In this document: piece after piece, positions 23,704 to 25,810 of the stretch
How positions within the stretch are numbered: position 1 is the first letter of the stretch
How the letters are laid out: every line of letters starts with the position of its first letter
From: a virus
Taxonomy: Duplodnaviria; Caudoviricetes
IMG/VR virus record: IMGVR_UViG_3300017914_001834
Coordinates: 1-25,810 of that record
Length of the DNA stretch: 25,810 bases
Direction: 5' to 3' (one strand)
The notes under the pieces: model-generated
Database searches by the model: none
Told to the model about the DNA's origin: nothing
Seen by the model: the letters and a program-made list of their open reading frames with translations, nothing else
Translations under genes and position numbers: made by a program

Positions 23704-25810
23704 GCGAAACGTGTAGCCATGTAGGCATCACGGCGGGCGCCGGTCTTCTCCTCTTTCTGAGCGGGCTCTTCTTCATCGTCTCCCTGCTCAGCGAAGCCCT
23801 GTTCACCCTGGTTCTCAGGACGGGCTCGACCATCGATTACCTCGTACATCCGGACGGTCTCGATGTAATCGTTGAGGATCTGCATCTGGTCGTCCTCCAG
23901 CTCAGCCTGCATGGCCTGACCGAGGAGCTCGGCGAACGCTTTCACATCGCCCTTTACCGCAGCAGCTTGGACTTTGGGGTACAGATCGAGCAATAAATCA
24001 TCGCCTTGCAGCTTTTGCTCCTTGGCTTTGGGTGCATCCAGCCGATCCTTGATGTACTGGCGTTCTCCTTGTACAACCAACTCCTCCACCACAGAGCTGA
24101 ACGTTCTCGCTGGTTTCTTGGCCGGCTGGCTTAAGGCGTAGTCGGTGGTCTGCTTGGTCCACTCATAAGCAACGGGAAAGGACTTTTTCATCTGCTCACC
24201 ACCGCCGATATACATCGCGTAGTTCTCCGCGTAGGTCTCCAGACGGCTACCGGTCTCGTAGTAGTTGTTTACCTTCCCGCTTGCCTTGCGGCGAATGTCG
24301 GATTGGCCGTAGTAGCTGCTTGATTTGATCAGTTCGATCTCAAGATCAGTTCCCGTGTAGACCTTGCCGTTGACCGTCACGCTTTTCGGTGTGGCGAAGT
24401 CACCCCGGTAGTGGATGGCGTGGGCGATCTCGTGAGCGTTGGTGTAGAGGGCACGGGCTTTGGAGGTGCCCACGAATTGGCCGGTGCTGTGGAGTTCGTA
24501 GAGGTCTTCCACGCTCTGGGCTTGGCCGGCCAACAACTTGCGGCGTTCAGGACCGTTGTAGTAAGCCTCGCGCTGGGCAATCATCGACTGCACACCGCCA
24601 GCCATGGTTTCGGCGTCCGTCTTGCCCTTGTAAAGCTTCACCTGTTGACCGGTGCGGCTCATGCTCAGCTCGCTTTCGCCCCTATTGGTGTGGATGCGAT
24701 TGGGTTGAGCGGTGTCGAAATAACCTTTGACACCACCTGCGAGAGCGGTGGTTTTGACACGCTGCACATCGATGCCGGCTTCCTGCACGAAGCCCACCAT
24801 CTGATCGATCGTGGCGTCCTCGACACCGTCCAAACCCTTCAGGGAACTGAAGTCTTTGACCAAGTCCTTGTTGCTGCGAGTAACTTGCAGCTCACGCTTC
24901 AGGCTCTTGGCACCGAGCAGGGAGGCAAGCGCTAATCCACCTGCAGCCAGAGGATCCTGCTTGGCAGTCTTGGCGGCAAGAACCCCAGTACCAACAGTGA
25001 AGCCGGCACGAGCGAGGGCGCTGCCGAGCTGACGGGCTCGGTAAGCAGCGGTGCGCTCACCCTTCTCGTTGGTGTGTTGGACCGCTTCGGTCTTGCCCTT
25101 CTCACGGATGCTCGCAATCTTCGACTCCTTGCTGGAGCCCTTTAAGGCTGCGCCACCTGTGCCGATCGTGCATTCGTGCTTGGAAGGGATATGCGACTCA
25201 CCGCATGCCTTCCCCTTGGACTTTTTTGAGGAGGCGTCCTCCCGCAGTCGCAGCTTCTCGGCCTCGTAGGCATCACTGCGCTTGGCAGCTAACGCCTCGG
25301 CTGGGATCTCCACACTGAAGGAGAGCTTGATGGGTTTGGCGCTCGGCCGGGGCTCTTCCTCTGCCTGCTGTTCTGCCTCTTTCGGGCTCGGTGATTCGCT
25401 CATCTTCGACACCGGCATCAGGGGAGTGACCATCTCGTCCTCATCAGCCGGCAGGTGCTCTGTGCTGGTGGGCCCGTTCACCACTGTGGGAGTGCTGTTG
25501 GTCACCAGCGGGCTCGGGGGATTGCGCTTGGTGATGGTGAGTGACATGTGCTCGTCATCCCCACGGATCTCCTTGCGGGCTAGGGCGTAAGCCTCAGCCA
25601 AAGTGCCAGTCCAACCCTTGCGCTTCATGATCGATTTGGCCAGTTCGGTCTGGCGTTGCGCGGCACTGAGTCCAGTTTTGGGCTTCTTGGGTGTGGTGGG
25701 CTTCTTGCCCTTGGCAGCCTTGGGGGTTTTGGGTACTTCGCTTGGAGCACTCAGGCCGCGAATGCCGGACTCGCGAACGATGGAGAAAGCGTCGGAAGCG
25801 TTGGGAGTGG
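23694..25810 (-). CDS. Large modular protein with a zincin-like metallopeptidase domain, 5'-truncated by the window edge (>704 aa)
   Basis: The frame stays open upstream of the track's ATG 25628 to the window end (TPNASDAFSIVRESG...PKTPKAAKGKKPTTPKKPK...). HEIAH at 24434-24420 and ETYAE at 24239-24225. Confidence 0.8.
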   Translation of the reverse strand, partial: TPNASDAFSIVRESGIRGLSAPSEVPKTPKAAKGKKPTTPKKPKTGLSAAQRQTELAKSIMKRKGWTGTLAEAYALARKEIRGDDEHMSLTITKRNPPSPLVTNSTPTVVNGPTSTEHLPADEDEMVTPLMPVSKMSESPSPKEAEQQAEEEPRPSAKPIKLSFSVEIPAEALAAKRSDAYEAEKLRLREDASSKKSKGKACGESHIPSKHECTIGTGGAALKGSSKESKIASIREKGKTEAVQHTNEKGERTAAYRARQLGSALARAGFTVGTGVLAAKTAKQDPLAAGGLALASLLGAKSLKRELQVTRSNKDLVKDFSSLKGLDGVEDATIDQMVGFVQEAGIDVQRVKTTALAGGVKGYFDTAQPNRIHTNRGESELSMSRTGQQVKLYKGKTDAETMAGGVQSMIAQREAYYNGPERRKLLAGQAQSVEDLYELHSTGQFVGTSKARALYTNAHEIAHAIHYRGDFATPKSVTVNGKVYTGTDLEIELIKSSSYYGQSDIRRKASGKVNNYYETGSRLETYAENYAMYIGGGEQMKKSFPVAYEWTKQTTDYALSQPAKKPARTFSSVVEELVVQGERQYIKDRLDAPKAKEQKLQGDDLLLDLYPKVQAAAVKGDVKAFAELLGQAMQAELEDDQMQILNDYIETVRMYEVIDGRARPENQGEQGFAEQGDDEEEPAQKEEKTGARRDAYMATRFAWT

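Noticed and set aside
19593-24935. Plus-strand ORFs 19593-20186, 21339-21845, 22379-22789, 22404-22892 and 24411-24935
   Set aside because: They overlap well-supported minus-strand genes. The Phe/Leu richness of those at 22379-22892 mirrors Lys/Glu codons on the coding strand.
1-25810. tRNA, CRISPR array, integrase/att site, IS element or stop-codon reassignment
   Set aside because: None is visible. Genes are intact in the standard code, so lifestyle (prophage versus lytic) cannot be determined.

Overview
The window holds the virion morphogenesis module of a long-tailed (siphovirus-type) phage or prophage, read almost entirely on the minus strand. By motif recall it resembles cyanobacterial siphoviruses, but the host is an inference. 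From right to left: a 5'-truncated protein of >700 aa with an HExxH zinc-metallopeptidase domain; a short MuF/SPP1-gp7 head protein; two or three Lys-rich modular proteins; one antisense XRE-HTH regulator; a DUF2213 prohead protease/scaffold; a cement protein; a DUF2184-type major capsid protein; head-tail joining genes; a tail tube protein with an Ig-like domain; a frameshifted tail-chaperone pair; a tape measure protein with a lytic transglycosylase domain; tail-tip genes; a 2542-aa hub/fibre with a low-GC C-terminal extension of about 1060 aa; and a 3'-truncated Dit-like gene absent from the ORF track. The most interesting signal is the block around MuF (21196-25810). Its proteins are built from shared short modules (C-G-x-S-x-I-P-x4-C, W-A-x-G-F, CWKGY..VPNCVP, DUF6321-like). 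The modules are bordered by R/K-x-D sites, which also pepper the scaffold and the capsid N-terminus. Two of these genes carry dnaX-style -1 frameshift cassettes (SD-like motif, 10 nt, A AAA AAG, 6-7 nt, hairpin): one would add a module and one would cut off the metallopeptidase. I interpret this as a candidate recoding-tuned, protease-processed capsid-cargo system. All family assignments come from motif recognition; no searches were run.
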